DNA of 64,000 nucleotides, taken from the NCBI GenBank assembly GCA_000002435.2, contig CM018793.1. One strand, 5' to 3'. Within the stretch, counting starts at the first letter, position 1; each line of letters begins with the position of its first letter. The notes under the pieces were generated by a model that made no database searches, was not told the origin of the DNA, and saw nothing but the letters and a program-made list of their open reading frames with translations. A program made the translations under genes and the position numbers. This DNA is from Giardia intestinalis (Eukaryota). This document shows positions 19,401-28,693 of the stretch, in pieces.

Positions 19401-22400
19401 TCATACGCAATAAGCCGTTGGGCCAGATGATGCCTATGATTCAAGCTTCTGCATTCAGAAATAGAATACTAAGCTTTTTCTCAACGGCGACAGACTCTGC
19501 GGTTCTCCACAAAACAATCGGTTTGCCATACGCCATACTGCCGCGGAAATTCGCGTCTCCAATTATGCGCCGCATACCTTATGAGCAACGACCGGAGAGG
19601 TTATATCTCCATTCGGCCCTCTCTACTTTATGTATATCCGCTACTAACTCTCTTCACACATTCTGTACTAGTGGAGCATCTCAGTTAAACCTGGACCCAT
19701 CCAAATTTGTGCACCCGTCGCTGTGGATGTATTACTCCATTCACTACATACAGGAAAGCAAGTACACACTGCGCTTCTTTGGAAGCAATTTATTTAAAAA
19801 CGAACCCTTTGATGTAGATCGCATCAGAGCGTCTGCAAGTCTCTTCAACGTGAAGCTCGCCTCAGAGTCCCGCCTATATTGGTCCTACATCTGTGATTTC
19901 CTATCATTGTCTATGGGTCCATCGTATAAGTGCCTGCTCCATCCCAGTGACTCGTCCTTTACTCGTATTAAACTGGAGAATGCGAAAGATAAGCGCCAGT
20001 CAGACCAAGCTAGCAAAAGCCATGAAGATACTGTTATTCTTGACTATATGCAGCACAACACGGAAATACCTTCCATCGCTACATCATCCTATCACGCTCA
20101 GTCTCTACATGTTGTAGAATCTGACACCCATAGCCTTGGTACATGTATGCACAATCAAGAGTCAGCAACCGCAATAGCACCAGCGATTCTCCAGCATAAC
20201 AGACTTCATATCGCAGCAGATGCCTCGTATGCCGATTGCTTCAACGTCTCAAAAGTTTCTGGAGTGATGGGAATGTTGAGTCCTTCGCAATCTTTCTATG
20301 AGCACCCAGCTCTCTCTCCCCATCGGTTCCTGACAGAGCTCGCTCTGTCTGGATCTGAAGCAGACCTTTTCAGTAGCGTCATCTCTGGCACTTCCGTTTC
20401 GTCCATTCAATGTTTTGAGCTGCTAGAAAGCTTTCTAATAACGCAAAACTTGGAACTATCCGAGCTTCTGCTTAAGTTTTCATTGATGCACAGTTTATAT
20501 GTACGTGAGCTCTTGCCTTCGGAGACTGTCCTCCTTGGTGAGGATTCATTTTCTGGTCTATCAAGTTATGTTCTGTTTCATGACTTCTACCTGGCCATGC
20601 ATGACATGATGCTGTATGCTGACAAACCAGTGGAACCCTTGCCGCAGACGCTAGAGCACACCCCATCCAAAAGCCAACGATCTCTGCTAAAAGTCAGGGA
20701 GTCTTCAACCTGTACCAATCGCGAATCCTGTGTCACTGCCGAGTTAACCGCAGAACTGGATATGGATCAGCCACAGGTGATACCTGGCTCTTCTACATCA
20801 ACTACCTCCGGTATCTTTCATCCAAACATATTTATGGATAAACCGACAAGCAACAAGCATGCGTGCCTTTATTATGAGCCGAAAGCTACGGAGCACCAGC
20901 AGTACATGATGTGCGGACTGGACACGCTTAACACGCCTCTCATCCCCGTCAGTGTGATTACCCAGATATTGGCCATCGCTGATTACGATGAAAACTATGG
21001 GATAGATGAAACAATGGATTCAGCTGGCTTCTGTCTGGGGCTTCACACGATAGATGTGCTTGCGCAAGCCCTCAATACTCGCCCGATCTTAGCTTACAAT
21101 ACAACACTTCTGCGCTTTATTGCCAGCATTTTGCGTACCTTGTCAGGATGCATTAATGCATTGAGCTTCCGTGATTATGCTGCCCAGCTGGTGTTTTGCA
21201 ACATTGTTTCCTTGCTGATTTCTCAATACGGCTTGACACACTTAGCAATTACTCTAGCAGAAGTTACATTGGGGGTATATAGCTCCATTTGCGACCAGCC
21301 CAGTAGTTTCTATAGGAAAATGCGTCTGGCGAGCAGCATTGACGCATACCTGAAAGAATTTGGACCAAGCCTGGGACACGCTGATGAGTACATACACTTT
21401 GTCGATCTGACACAAGGCAGAACAAGAATTCCGCTATTCTCGACTCTATTCGATGCAGACCCAACCCTGGTGGTGGAGGTATCCACTGGGAACGTTGTCG
21501 TCATCAACTTAGAGATAAAGTCGCTTCTACTCGTGCCATTTTCAGTATACATTACTGCAAAATGGTTTTATATGCAATTGCATGCAATAATCATCCGCTA
21601 TGCCAGGCTTTTGTTGAAGCTAGACCTGGCAGATCTAACGCGAGTTTGCGCTGCCGATAACTGTGACTATGGGCCCATGATAAGGTACATCTCTGATTAC
21701 TCTTCCATGATAACAACACTCAGCACATACCTCCGGGATGACCACCTCCAGCGTTTAGCGATAGACAACTGTGCTGATGATGCATCTGACCAAGAGGGTA
21801 GACAAGCAGCTCTTCTTCTAAATCCTCTTGCTATCATGCAACATAAGTACTTCCTTGCTGCGTTCAGGGACCCCCAGATGCAGCTCTATGTTCATGTGTC
21901 CATAGCTGTTCAAACCACAAACATCCGCCAGGTGGTCGCGTCCCGTCGTGAGGCGTTAAAGAACTTTCTGCTCAAGCACTTCTTCACCCGCCTAACAGTG
22001 CTCACAGAGCAGTACATACAATATGAAAAGAGCTTTCAGCTCAAGACAGCAACCACTAACTACCGCAATCCACTGCTTAAAAAATCCTCCATTTATACCC
22101 TTGCAACTGTGGGTATTGATCCTAAGCCTCTCCTGCACAAGGGACAACTGCAGGCTACCATTAGTAGCTATCAAGAGGCTTCTAAGCATCTTACACCTGA
22201 CGATAATGCTTACTTCGAGGAGCTTCGCCGCTCTATAGACAGCTCGTTTGCCACAGTGTTTGCCACTGATCACAGCGACGAAGGCTTTACGCTAACTTCT
22301 GCTCCTAAGCCCAAGCAGGACGCCTTAAAGGACGCCCCTAATCGCCTCTTTCCTTCCACCACTGCATCGGCAAATGAGCTTTCTCTGCCCCTTGTTGACT

Positions 22401-22552
22401 ATCTTATTATGCTCGATGGACTTCTCCTATCTATACACGCCACTGCTCCAGACATCAACATTGGCCACGAGCTTTTGGCCGACCTTTGTTTGGTTAGTGC
22501 GTCAGGGGCAGTTTCTCTGTGGACAAAGCATGAGCAAGAATGCACTCATTAA
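16454..22552 (+). CDS. Very large hypothetical protein (2032 aa), no recognisable domain
   Basis: Uninterrupted 6.1-kb ORF with an ATG start after gctgaaataaaaaATG. Its stop overlaps the convergent downstream gene. No motif recognisable by eye, so likely lineage-specific. Confidence 0.5.
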   Translation: MLGFQPSGCSLEDQQVYDRCSQYLSKLLDFGTVFTTQEFSELALSISRSDLTIILSKDSPLLVHALKYVRLVLMYHKIHVNMTFLLARMLSLISSLKGTPEQYVTALDLTIDNLYLLLVSSESRDQLVNSRSFIDRCDAATTENPSIFGVTVDPYQIVSDFVTFIKETEYFTSTSVRNLAFKAANFLLSYIVAPYFDHEASERARVKVGSCRYVTSRAHEAENHLYLMSFLFTAMQGSRLVTHLVYQILSYTPVVGLYNDALPHPSRGSSYGKLGLLGQEYRAPMNGGSYTDSHVAGCPIPPRVPTIPAPSNQTQPIRSSQVSSTAPDALKLPQFYLQMSSRSSRTHNCTSAHIPPVTVKNLVFYPFLSCFTECFVFCSSCQSRLLPTAYKDKSEANVQASRERIFTCDRCYSSSLLEQLFTGLLKALELNSSRGKEVISYNDIIALFGYIFVCHQALLTYTRSKMLLGTSCRQIHLNLRHKLLQTRRLATSLDESFSIGGFYKSEGAAYARIHKLKSAIENEYTSVSVPLSTDFPFPSPFSLLASTECTCNKARSLQPQKIIINSTQEMLMDAGHLLLKKPILSNNTFCANRFVADVPVWEPNPLWSECDPFELSLTTILLGLTKGKFLLYLIQHMNSFVCELEKKVTIRDLPCQKVETHYARTIYHYSMFLGCLLDFYFSYNFSKVINMLISTTTAERTPTPSSNELSAHHQITISKECIDSITSTLSAALEIAKALERDLFCCEATEEVYCPELQDDYWILEITAPARLYITTRMQPVCDGVTITDNYKGLLTKLVTKHTDTTLVSSRSVLCDLLIESATKMFATLTKKAFPILSTIQDAAELDYMINSHLNADPGSQNGTGMGAASMNESLSHTLITGSGFNGLIKAEVGEQTVSTSRLLGSGAIATQSGYNNVDFDQHLYQKMRYDYSRSWKDIVMRFRMTMVQCISTGQSYNPPSSAGIDCNILKKSIIGPPGTHPFIRNKPLGQMMPMIQASAFRNRILSFFSTATDSAVLHKTIGLPYAILPRKFASPIMRRIPYEQRPERLYLHSALSTLCISATNSLHTFCTSGASQLNLDPSKFVHPSLWMYYSIHYIQESKYTLRFFGSNLFKNEPFDVDRIRASASLFNVKLASESRLYWSYICDFLSLSMGPSYKCLLHPSDSSFTRIKLENAKDKRQSDQASKSHEDTVILDYMQHNTEIPSIATSSYHAQSLHVVESDTHSLGTCMHNQESATAIAPAILQHNRLHIAADASYADCFNVSKVSGVMGMLSPSQSFYEHPALSPHRFLTELALSGSEADLFSSVISGTSVSSIQCFELLESFLITQNLELSELLLKFSLMHSLYVRELLPSETVLLGEDSFSGLSSYVLFHDFYLAMHDMMLYADKPVEPLPQTLEHTPSKSQRSLLKVRESSTCTNRESCVTAELTAELDMDQPQVIPGSSTSTTSGIFHPNIFMDKPTSNKHACLYYEPKATEHQQYMMCGLDTLNTPLIPVSVITQILAIADYDENYGIDETMDSAGFCLGLHTIDVLAQALNTRPILAYNTTLLRFIASILRTLSGCINALSFRDYAAQLVFCNIVSLLISQYGLTHLAITLAEVTLGVYSSICDQPSSFYRKMRLASSIDAYLKEFGPSLGHADEYIHFVDLTQGRTRIPLFSTLFDADPTLVVEVSTGNVVVINLEIKSLLLVPFSVYITAKWFYMQLHAIIIRYARLLLKLDLADLTRVCAADNCDYGPMIRYISDYSSMITTLSTYLRDDHLQRLAIDNCADDASDQEGRQAALLLNPLAIMQHKYFLAAFRDPQMQLYVHVSIAVQTTNIRQVVASRREALKNFLLKHFFTRLTVLTEQYIQYEKSFQLKTATTNYRNPLLKKSSIYTLATVGIDPKPLLHKGQLQATISSYQEASKHLTPDDNAYFEELRRSIDSSFATVFATDHSDEGFTLTSAPKPKQDALKDAPNRLFPSTTASANELSLPLVDYLIMLDGLLLSIHATAPDINIGHELLADLCLVSASGAVSLWTKHEQECTH

Positions 22553-25500
22553 ATGGGCCCGCGCATACTTATAAGACGGTGCCTTCGGATCACCGCATAC
22601 CGCCATTCGTCAAAAACAGCGAGTAGTAATCTATTTTCATGCAATAAGTGCGCCTTTAGGACTTTGGAACTTAGAACTATGCTTCCAAGCAGCCCGGTTT
22701 CTAAAAGCTCCTTGTTTGTGTGAGATACAAGACACGACACTGGGATATCTGTTCTTGCACTACAGCCACAGAGAGCCTTATCTGCCCAACGCTCCAGCAG
22801 CCCTTTGTAAAAAGAATCTGCCTGCTTCTCTAGATAAATGGCCTCTCTGGATGCACGAAGGGACAGCTTCCATCGTCGCAGATAAAAAAACTTGATGTAC
22901 CTTATTCCTATTGTGTAGACATATGTATATATCCGAGACCTAACTGCCACATACTCCAGCGCCTTGCATGTCCTGGTCAAAAGACAGCGCTGATAAAATT
23001 GGTCCGCTCGCGCTGTGTCTCTAATGATCAGCATGTAGCTAGTTCTTAGTGAAGATAATCCCACTTGCTTTAACGTGTGCTCATATTTTTTATCCAATTT
23101 GGTTAGAAGGCATTGGTATTGGTGGAGCACAGTCAAGGTGGAGAACGCCCTCCGCATGAGAGACCGCCAGTATTGCTTATCTGATATATGGAGATATCTG
23201 ATTGATACTGATATAGCGCACATCGCTTGAAACGCCTGCCTTTGGAGCATGAAGCTATGGGAGCATCGTGACTTTGTTTGGATTCTCCACTGGTGAAACA
23301 CCTCAGTTACGATGGCGTTTGCAAACCGCGCCGTATACGCGTCCATTATCACCTTTAGGGTAGCCCCCAGATTAATGACTCTTCGATGCTGATACAAGCG
23401 TATATTCCACTGTCTAAAGGCAGCCTTCACCAGGCAGATTTGTCGCCTGTAGAATAAGAGACGGCTTTCCTGCTTCTGCCTAGTCTTTAACAGAAGTAAG
23501 TGCAGAACAAAGCGGGTTAGCTTTTGGGTGTGAAACGCATCTGCTTGCACAACCAGCTGCTGCAGCGCTAGGGCTCTTTGGTTACGTAGAGAGACCTCGT
23601 GCCAGTGGCGGATACAGATGCGGCAGATGTCATGCTGGTAGGTCCGTGAGGCACGATAGCTTTCCAGCTGAATCGTATGTCTATAACACGGAAGTGAAAT
23701 TTCCCACACTATCTTACGAAGCGCTCTGCGCTGTAGTGCCAGTCTGTGCATGGCCCAGAAGATCCGCCTGTATCTAAAGTTGCGCCTATTATTGATATGC
23801 TGTTCTAAGAACACGCTGCAACTATAAGCTAATTTAAAAGATTCAAATGCGCTTCTTTTAAGGTCAAGGGTCGATCGTGCTAGTATGCCAGCAGCCCGAG
23901 AGGTTAGCTCAGCATACCTTTTCGCCAGTGATGAGATGTGTCTCCAAGCAATGGAGACCAAAAGGTTGCGGTAGAATTGGTCGGATTGATTATCTTTAAA
24001 GGCACTCGCCTCTGCATATGCGTGACACAGATGGGCAAACGAAATCCTCAGGATAAGTCTTGTCCCTGCGACCAAGACACACTGCCGCTGTACGCTCAGG
24101 CCTAGTGATAAAATCTTGATTATGCGCGATTTCTCGACATAAGTGTAGTAGATGATCGCAAGATTATGTAAGGTGTGTAGGTAGAACACGTCCCGAAGCC
24201 TTGAGAACACCTTTTGAACAAGGATACTGTTATAATAGGTTGCTCCAAATGTTTCTAAAGCTGCCCTTGTATGTGCTGATTGTAGTACTTCACTGAGAGC
24301 GATGAAAGATGGCCTCGTTTCGTGAATACGCTTGGTGTCACTAGGGTTAAACACTATACAGGCCTTTCTGCGGATGCGGGACAGCTTAGATATTAGTCCT
24401 ATAACAATAGAGAGGTCCGTAAGGGACAAGACCGAACGGCTTTGCGGAGTCAACGGAGTTCCTACTGCTATGAATATGTTGTATAAATGAGTGAGATAGG
24501 GCTCGCTTGATCTGTATGTGATCGTTCTCGACGGCTCCTGCTGCAGGATAGAGGGAGAAGAAAAAATAGAAGGCTCTGGATAGCTTGTAGTAGAGGGCCC
24601 AATGGAGTCGTAGAGCAATCTCCGCAAAACCTTTTCTCTCTGGACAGCCACGCGCGTGTGTAAGGCACTAAGCCACTGATCCAGGCACCTTCTTTTAGTG
24701 AACATACTCAGCACGCCGGAGACAAGACTGTCTATCTGCATAAGACACCTCTTGTAACAGAGAAGCTTGTGCCACGTCAATAGAGTGCCTCTGAGGAGCA
24801 TGTAAGTATCATTGTCTAGAATCACTGCGCTTGATAAGCGTAACATGTTCTGTATGTAGATAACGCGAAGGTGAAAAGCCCTGAAAAAGAGCTGCTTATA
24901 GAGTCTAAGCATGTGCTGTTCAAGAGCATCTAGATTAGTACATGCAGAAGCGTGTCCTGAGCTATGACTGCTGAGTCCTTGGGTGGAATAGTTTGCAAGG
25001 TGTGTCATGGAATCCAGGATTTTGCTGTCAGCATGCCCGAGAAGCGCTGCCTCTCGTAATGCATCCTCCCGGCAGACGTGGATCATAGCCTGATCATTAT
25101 CATGAACTTCTTTGGCCGCACTAAAAGACTGCTGGGCCTCATAGACCCTATCCTTGAGTAGCGTTATAGCTGCAGAATCAACGGAGCGGAGCGTGACCAG
25201 ACAGCCCCTCAGTGCTTGGATTCGCAGTGCTCGCAGCTGTGGCCAATCCTCCTCCCAAAATCTGCAGAATTCCTGGGAAGAGAGCGGGGTTTTCCACATG
25301 GGTTGAAGCATCTTCTTGACAGGTGCATCTATGGTGACAGAAGACCCGTGCAAGACAGACGACCCCTGAGAAGGGATAGAGGCACACATATCCATACTGA
25401 CACAGAGACAATAGCGCCGAAACACAGACCCCCGGGGCACCAAGGAAAGAGGCTCTGTCGGGCCTTGTTGAGTAATCTGTGCCTTACGTTGTGGAGCTCG

Positions 25501-25602
25501 CTTTGGTGGTGAGCGCACAGCTAAGCCCCTGTCAGCCATTTCACTGCGTTGCAAACCCTGGGGATAGAGTCTGCTGAGGCTGTAGTGTTGGCAATTTACC
25601 AT
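22549..25602 (-). CDS. Hypothetical 1017-aa basic protein with numerous Sfi1-like / IQ-like W-containing repeats (possible centrin-binding cytoskeletal protein)
   Basis: ATG start after an AT-rich tract. It carries at least 12 motifs of the form hydrophobic-x2-W-basic on a basic helical background (AAFRQWNIRL, EVFHQWRIQT, KQYWRSLMRRAF, YLRRWKLSLR, VFDEWRYAVIRR, RRIFWAMHRLALQRRALRKIVWE, LDQWLSALHTR, LLTWHKLLCYKR). They recur at roughly 20-40 aa spacing, as in Sfi1 centrin-binding repeats. Confidence 0.45.
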   Translation of the reverse strand: MVNCQHYSLSRLYPQGLQRSEMADRGLAVRSPPKRAPQRKAQITQQGPTEPLSLVPRGSVFRRYCLCVSMDMCASIPSQGSSVLHGSSVTIDAPVKKMLQPMWKTPLSSQEFCRFWEEDWPQLRALRIQALRGCLVTLRSVDSAAITLLKDRVYEAQQSFSAAKEVHDNDQAMIHVCREDALREAALLGHADSKILDSMTHLANYSTQGLSSHSSGHASACTNLDALEQHMLRLYKQLFFRAFHLRVIYIQNMLRLSSAVILDNDTYMLLRGTLLTWHKLLCYKRCLMQIDSLVSGVLSMFTKRRCLDQWLSALHTRVAVQREKVLRRLLYDSIGPSTTSYPEPSIFSSPSILQQEPSRTITYRSSEPYLTHLYNIFIAVGTPLTPQSRSVLSLTDLSIVIGLISKLSRIRRKACIVFNPSDTKRIHETRPSFIALSEVLQSAHTRAALETFGATYYNSILVQKVFSRLRDVFYLHTLHNLAIIYYTYVEKSRIIKILSLGLSVQRQCVLVAGTRLILRISFAHLCHAYAEASAFKDNQSDQFYRNLLVSIAWRHISSLAKRYAELTSRAAGILARSTLDLKRSAFESFKLAYSCSVFLEQHINNRRNFRYRRIFWAMHRLALQRRALRKIVWEISLPCYRHTIQLESYRASRTYQHDICRICIRHWHEVSLRNQRALALQQLVVQADAFHTQKLTRFVLHLLLLKTRQKQESRLLFYRRQICLVKAAFRQWNIRLYQHRRVINLGATLKVIMDAYTARFANAIVTEVFHQWRIQTKSRCSHSFMLQRQAFQAMCAISVSIRYLHISDKQYWRSLMRRAFSTLTVLHQYQCLLTKLDKKYEHTLKQVGLSSLRTSYMLIIRDTARADQFYQRCLLTRTCKALEYVAVRSRIYTYVYTIGIRYIKFFYLRRWKLSLRASREAIYLEKQADSFYKGLLERWADKALCGCSARTDIPVSCLVSHTNKELLETGLLGSIVLSSKVLKAHLLHENRLLLAVFDEWRYAVIRRHRLISMRGPI

Positions 25603-25666
25603 AAATTGTCATTAGTAAAATAATATTTGCAATAAATGCCCAAGCGTGGATTTCTGTTTTTATTAA

Positions 25667-27508
25667 ATGTACCTGTTATATGAGGCCGCGTCTGGCTTAG
25701 CGATGTTCAAGGTTTTGGACGAAAGCAAGCTTAAGGCCGCCGACCTGGTCGGGGCAATGATGCGCACAAGTAGTGACGTCCAGAAAATAGTTTCCCTTGT
25801 CTCATTTTCAAAGTTTCCAAGCGTCGAGGGTGCGTTAGCCACACAAACCTCAACCTTTGAGAAGGATGTGAGCGAGGAGCTAAAAAAGTTTGTGGAGAAA
25901 CACTTTGTGAACACCGTAGCCAAGAAGGATGCGTCCGAAAAGCTCCTGGTCCAGGACCCTCACATGGTTACCGCCCTCAAGGATGTCTACGGGGTCCGTG
26001 CTGCATTTAATGACATAGTTGTTGAGCTGTCTAGGGGGATACGTACGCATCTGGCCTCCATTCTCCCTGATTTTGATCAAGAACACGACAGCTCAATGGC
26101 GATGGGGCTTGCACACTCCTTTTCTCGCTACCGCGTCAAGTTCAATGCTGACTCTATAGATATCATGCTTATTCAAGCCATTGCTTTAATTGACGACACT
26201 GAGAAGGATATCAACCAGTTTGCCATGCGACTTCGTGAGTGGATGGTTTGGCACTTCCCCGAGCTGATTACTATCGTACCAGATAATATAGACTATGCCA
26301 GGACTGTAGTCGTGCTCCGGGACAGGAGGCATCTCGAGGAGTCGCTCACAACGTCTGGCCGCGAAAAGTTCATAAAGGCCCTTAACAAAGCGTCTAAGGA
26401 TCAAGCTTATGCCATTATATCTGCTGCTAAGACATCTGTTGGCACGGATATTACTGACCAGGACTCCGACAGAGTTGTCCACCTGGCTGAGGAGCTTCTT
26501 TCTTTGGTCTCATACCGCGAGGAGTTGCATGAGTACATTGAGGCACGCATGCTTGCTGTTGCACCCAATTTCACCCGCATTGTCGGGTCCATCGTCGGCG
26601 TCCGTCTTCTGGCCAAAGCGGGAAGTTTGCTCAACCTTGCCAAGCTCCCCGCATCCACCTTGCAGATTCTTGGCTCAGAACGTGCACTTTTCCGTGCCAA
26701 GAAAATGCGATCCAAGCAGACGCCCAAATATGGGTTTATCTATCACGCTGCGCTTGTGGGAAAAGCATCTGCAACCAATCGAGGGAAGATGGCACGTGTC
26801 GTAGCAACAAACGCATCTCTTGCTGCTCGTGTGGACGCTCTCTCGGAGTCCTCTAACACCAGCTTTGCTAAAGGAAAGCTTGAGAAGATAAACGCGTCTC
26901 TGCGCTTCTATGAAGGGGACAAGCAAGCTCGCTCAAACAGAAAATCTATTGCTTCACAGAAGATGGAAGCATACAGGCGCGGAGTGGCAACAGGATATGA
27001 AGGGAAGGGGGACATGAAGCTTTCGAAGGAAACAGCCCCTGCTGCTGAGCCCAAAAAGACTCGAATGACGGAGGCGTTTGAGGAAGACACTGGGTTCACG
27101 CAGACCAAGGCCTCACAGGATAAGGGCTCAAGAAATAAGGAGAATGCACAAGAACGACAAGACGATGCTATGCCAGCGCCCTTAGAGCCTTTATCGAGTG
27201 CTGCGAAGAAAGACGAGCCCGTGGCACCAATTGAGGTGGATGCGGAAGACACCAATGACACCAAGGACGCTAAGGAGAAGCATAAGGAGAAGAGCAAGGA
27301 AAAGCACAGAGACAAGGACAAAGAAAAAGAAAAGCACAAGGAGAAGGAGAAGGATAAAGAGAAGCACAGGGACAAGGATAAGGATAAAGAAAGAGATAAG
27401 GAAAAACATAAAGACAAGGACAAGCACAGGGATAAAGACAGAGAAAAAGACAAGGAAAAGCATAAGAGCAAGGATGACGATAAGAAGAACAAGACGCACT
27501 CCAAGTAA
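25667..27508 (+). CDS. NOP58: Box C/D snoRNP protein Nop58 (Nop5/Nop56/Nop58 family) with KKD/E-rich C-terminal tail
   Basis: The N-terminus MYLLYEAASGLAMFKVLDESKL matches the NOP5 N-terminal domain. It is followed by the Nop domain (...GSERALFRAKKMRSKQTPKYGFIYHAALVGKAS...) and a charged KDKEKEKHKEKEKDKEKHRDKDK tail. Confidence 0.85.
   Translation: MYLLYEAASGLAMFKVLDESKLKAADLVGAMMRTSSDVQKIVSLVSFSKFPSVEGALATQTSTFEKDVSEELKKFVEKHFVNTVAKKDASEKLLVQDPHMVTALKDVYGVRAAFNDIVVELSRGIRTHLASILPDFDQEHDSSMAMGLAHSFSRYRVKFNADSIDIMLIQAIALIDDTEKDINQFAMRLREWMVWHFPELITIVPDNIDYARTVVVLRDRRHLEESLTTSGREKFIKALNKASKDQAYAIISAAKTSVGTDITDQDSDRVVHLAEELLSLVSYREELHEYIEARMLAVAPNFTRIVGSIVGVRLLAKAGSLLNLAKLPASTLQILGSERALFRAKKMRSKQTPKYGFIYHAALVGKASATNRGKMARVVATNASLAARVDALSESSNTSFAKGKLEKINASLRFYEGDKQARSNRKSIASQKMEAYRRGVATGYEGKGDMKLSKETAPAAEPKKTRMTEAFEEDTGFTQTKASQDKGSRNKENAQERQDDAMPAPLEPLSSAAKKDEPVAPIEVDAEDTNDTKDAKEKHKEKSKEKHRDKDKEKEKHKEKEKDKEKHRDKDKDKERDKEKHKDKDKHRDKDREKDKEKHKSKDDDKKNKTHSK
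27245..27500 (+). repeat. Imperfect tandem coding repeat (about 18-24 nt units; K-D/E-K-H dipeptide periodicity) forming the Nop58 lysine-rich tail
   Basis: The units aaggacaaagaaaaagaaaagcacaag / gagaaggagaaggataaagagaagcac / agggacaaggataaggataaagaa... repeat here. They generate spurious low-complexity ORFs on the opposite strand (26908..27504, 27191..27544). Confidence 0.7.
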
Positions 27509-27520
27509 ATAACTTAAAAA
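27504..27520 (+). promoter_or_regulatory. 12-bp intergenic spacer: Nop58 polyadenylation signal (AGTAAAT overlapping the TAA stop) immediately followed by the A-rich initiator of the Aurora kinase gene
   Basis: ccaAGTAAATaacttaaaaaATGccg: the AGTRAAY motif overlaps the Nop58 stop, and the next ATG (27521) follows after an A/T-only spacer. Confidence 0.45.
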
Positions 27521-28456
27521 ATGCCGCAGCACTTGGTACCCCACACAGGGACAGGAAAGCGCACTACAATAGAGGACTTTGAGATTGGACGCTTTCTTGG
27601 TCGTGGAAAGTATGGCTTGGTTTACCTAGCACGTGAACAGTCCTCCAAGTTGGTGGTTGCCCTTAAAGTGCTGTATAAATCCTACATCAAATCGGAGCGT
27701 GTTGAGGGCCAGGTGCGCAGGGAATTGGATATACATCTTAATGTGAGGCACATAAACATAATTCGCTTGTATACTTGGTTCCAGGACGAGACCCGAGTCT
27801 TTTTGGTCCTCGAAGTGGCTCCGTACGGCGAGCTTTACCAAAGGTTACAGCAGTTCGGGAAGTTTCCTCTACCCGTTGTAAGCAAGATTATTCGAGACGT
27901 GGCACAGGCGATACAGTATCTTCACAGAAAGAACATCTTCCATAGGGACCTTAAGGCAGAAAACATCTTGATTTGCAAGGGGAAAGAGACCAAAGAGCAC
28001 ACAGATGCGCACAATTCAGATGACTCCATTTCTGTGCATGAACACGAGCTAGTCCGAATGGCACACTACACATACAAGATTGCAGACTTTGGATGGTCCG
28101 TGCACCATCCAACCCACGGTGGCCGACGACGCACCCAGTGCGGAACTCTCGACTACCTTCCCCCGGAGGTCATGCTCGGACAATCTTATGATAAGGCTTG
28201 CGATATCTGGTCACTCGGAGCCCTGTGCTATGAGCTCATCTGTGGCACCGCGCCCTTCTACCACGACGAAATCAAGATCACACGACAAAATATAGCCAAC
28301 GTAGAGTATAGCTTTACTAAGGACTTCAGCCCAGCCAGCAAAGATTTCATCCAGCGGATGTTAATTAGAAGCCCAGAGGCCCGGATCTCCATAGAGGATA
28401 TCCTCCGGCATCCATTCCTGAGACAGACAGATCACAGGAGTAAGGTCCCCAAGTAG
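27521..28456 (+). CDS. AURK: Aurora-family Ser/Thr protein kinase
   Basis: GRGKYGLVYLAREQSSKLVVALKVL (Gly-loop/VAIK), HRDLKAENILI, KIADFGWSVH...RRRTQCGTLDYLPPEVM (activation loop typical of Aurora), WSLGALCYELICGTAPF. It contains an insert of about 29 aa between the catalytic loop and DFG. Confidence 0.85.
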   Translation: MPQHLVPHTGTGKRTTIEDFEIGRFLGRGKYGLVYLAREQSSKLVVALKVLYKSYIKSERVEGQVRRELDIHLNVRHINIIRLYTWFQDETRVFLVLEVAPYGELYQRLQQFGKFPLPVVSKIIRDVAQAIQYLHRKNIFHRDLKAENILICKGKETKEHTDAHNSDDSISVHEHELVRMAHYTYKIADFGWSVHHPTHGGRRRTQCGTLDYLPPEVMLGQSYDKACDIWSLGALCYELICGTAPFYHDEIKITRQNIANVEYSFTKDFSPASKDFIQRMLIRSPEARISIEDILRHPFLRQTDHRSKVPK

Positions 28457-28693
28457 TCATCCGTTGGTCACCTTTGCTGCCTCTTTCCTTCTCTCCATGG
28501 CCTGAACCAGCTCATCCCCGTCATAGAGTCCAAAGTACCCTGGACTAAACTCCACCACATGCTCATTGTTCATTCAGACACGCTGTGGCAGGCTCCGAGG
28601 GTCAACGGGTGGTCTTTCTGTCCTTTTTGTTAAAATTACAATTTATTGCATATGGCTTTAACAAGGTTTTTTTTGTTGTTGGTTGAGAATTTA

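Noticed and set aside
26908-27544. Minus-strand ORFs encoding poly-Leu/Ser/Phe low-complexity peptides (198 aa and 117 aa), plus a + strand K/R-rich 104-aa ORF at 27198..27512
   Set aside because: These are mirror translations of the purine-rich tandem repeat encoding the Nop58 KKD/E tail. Their composition is implausible for real proteins.
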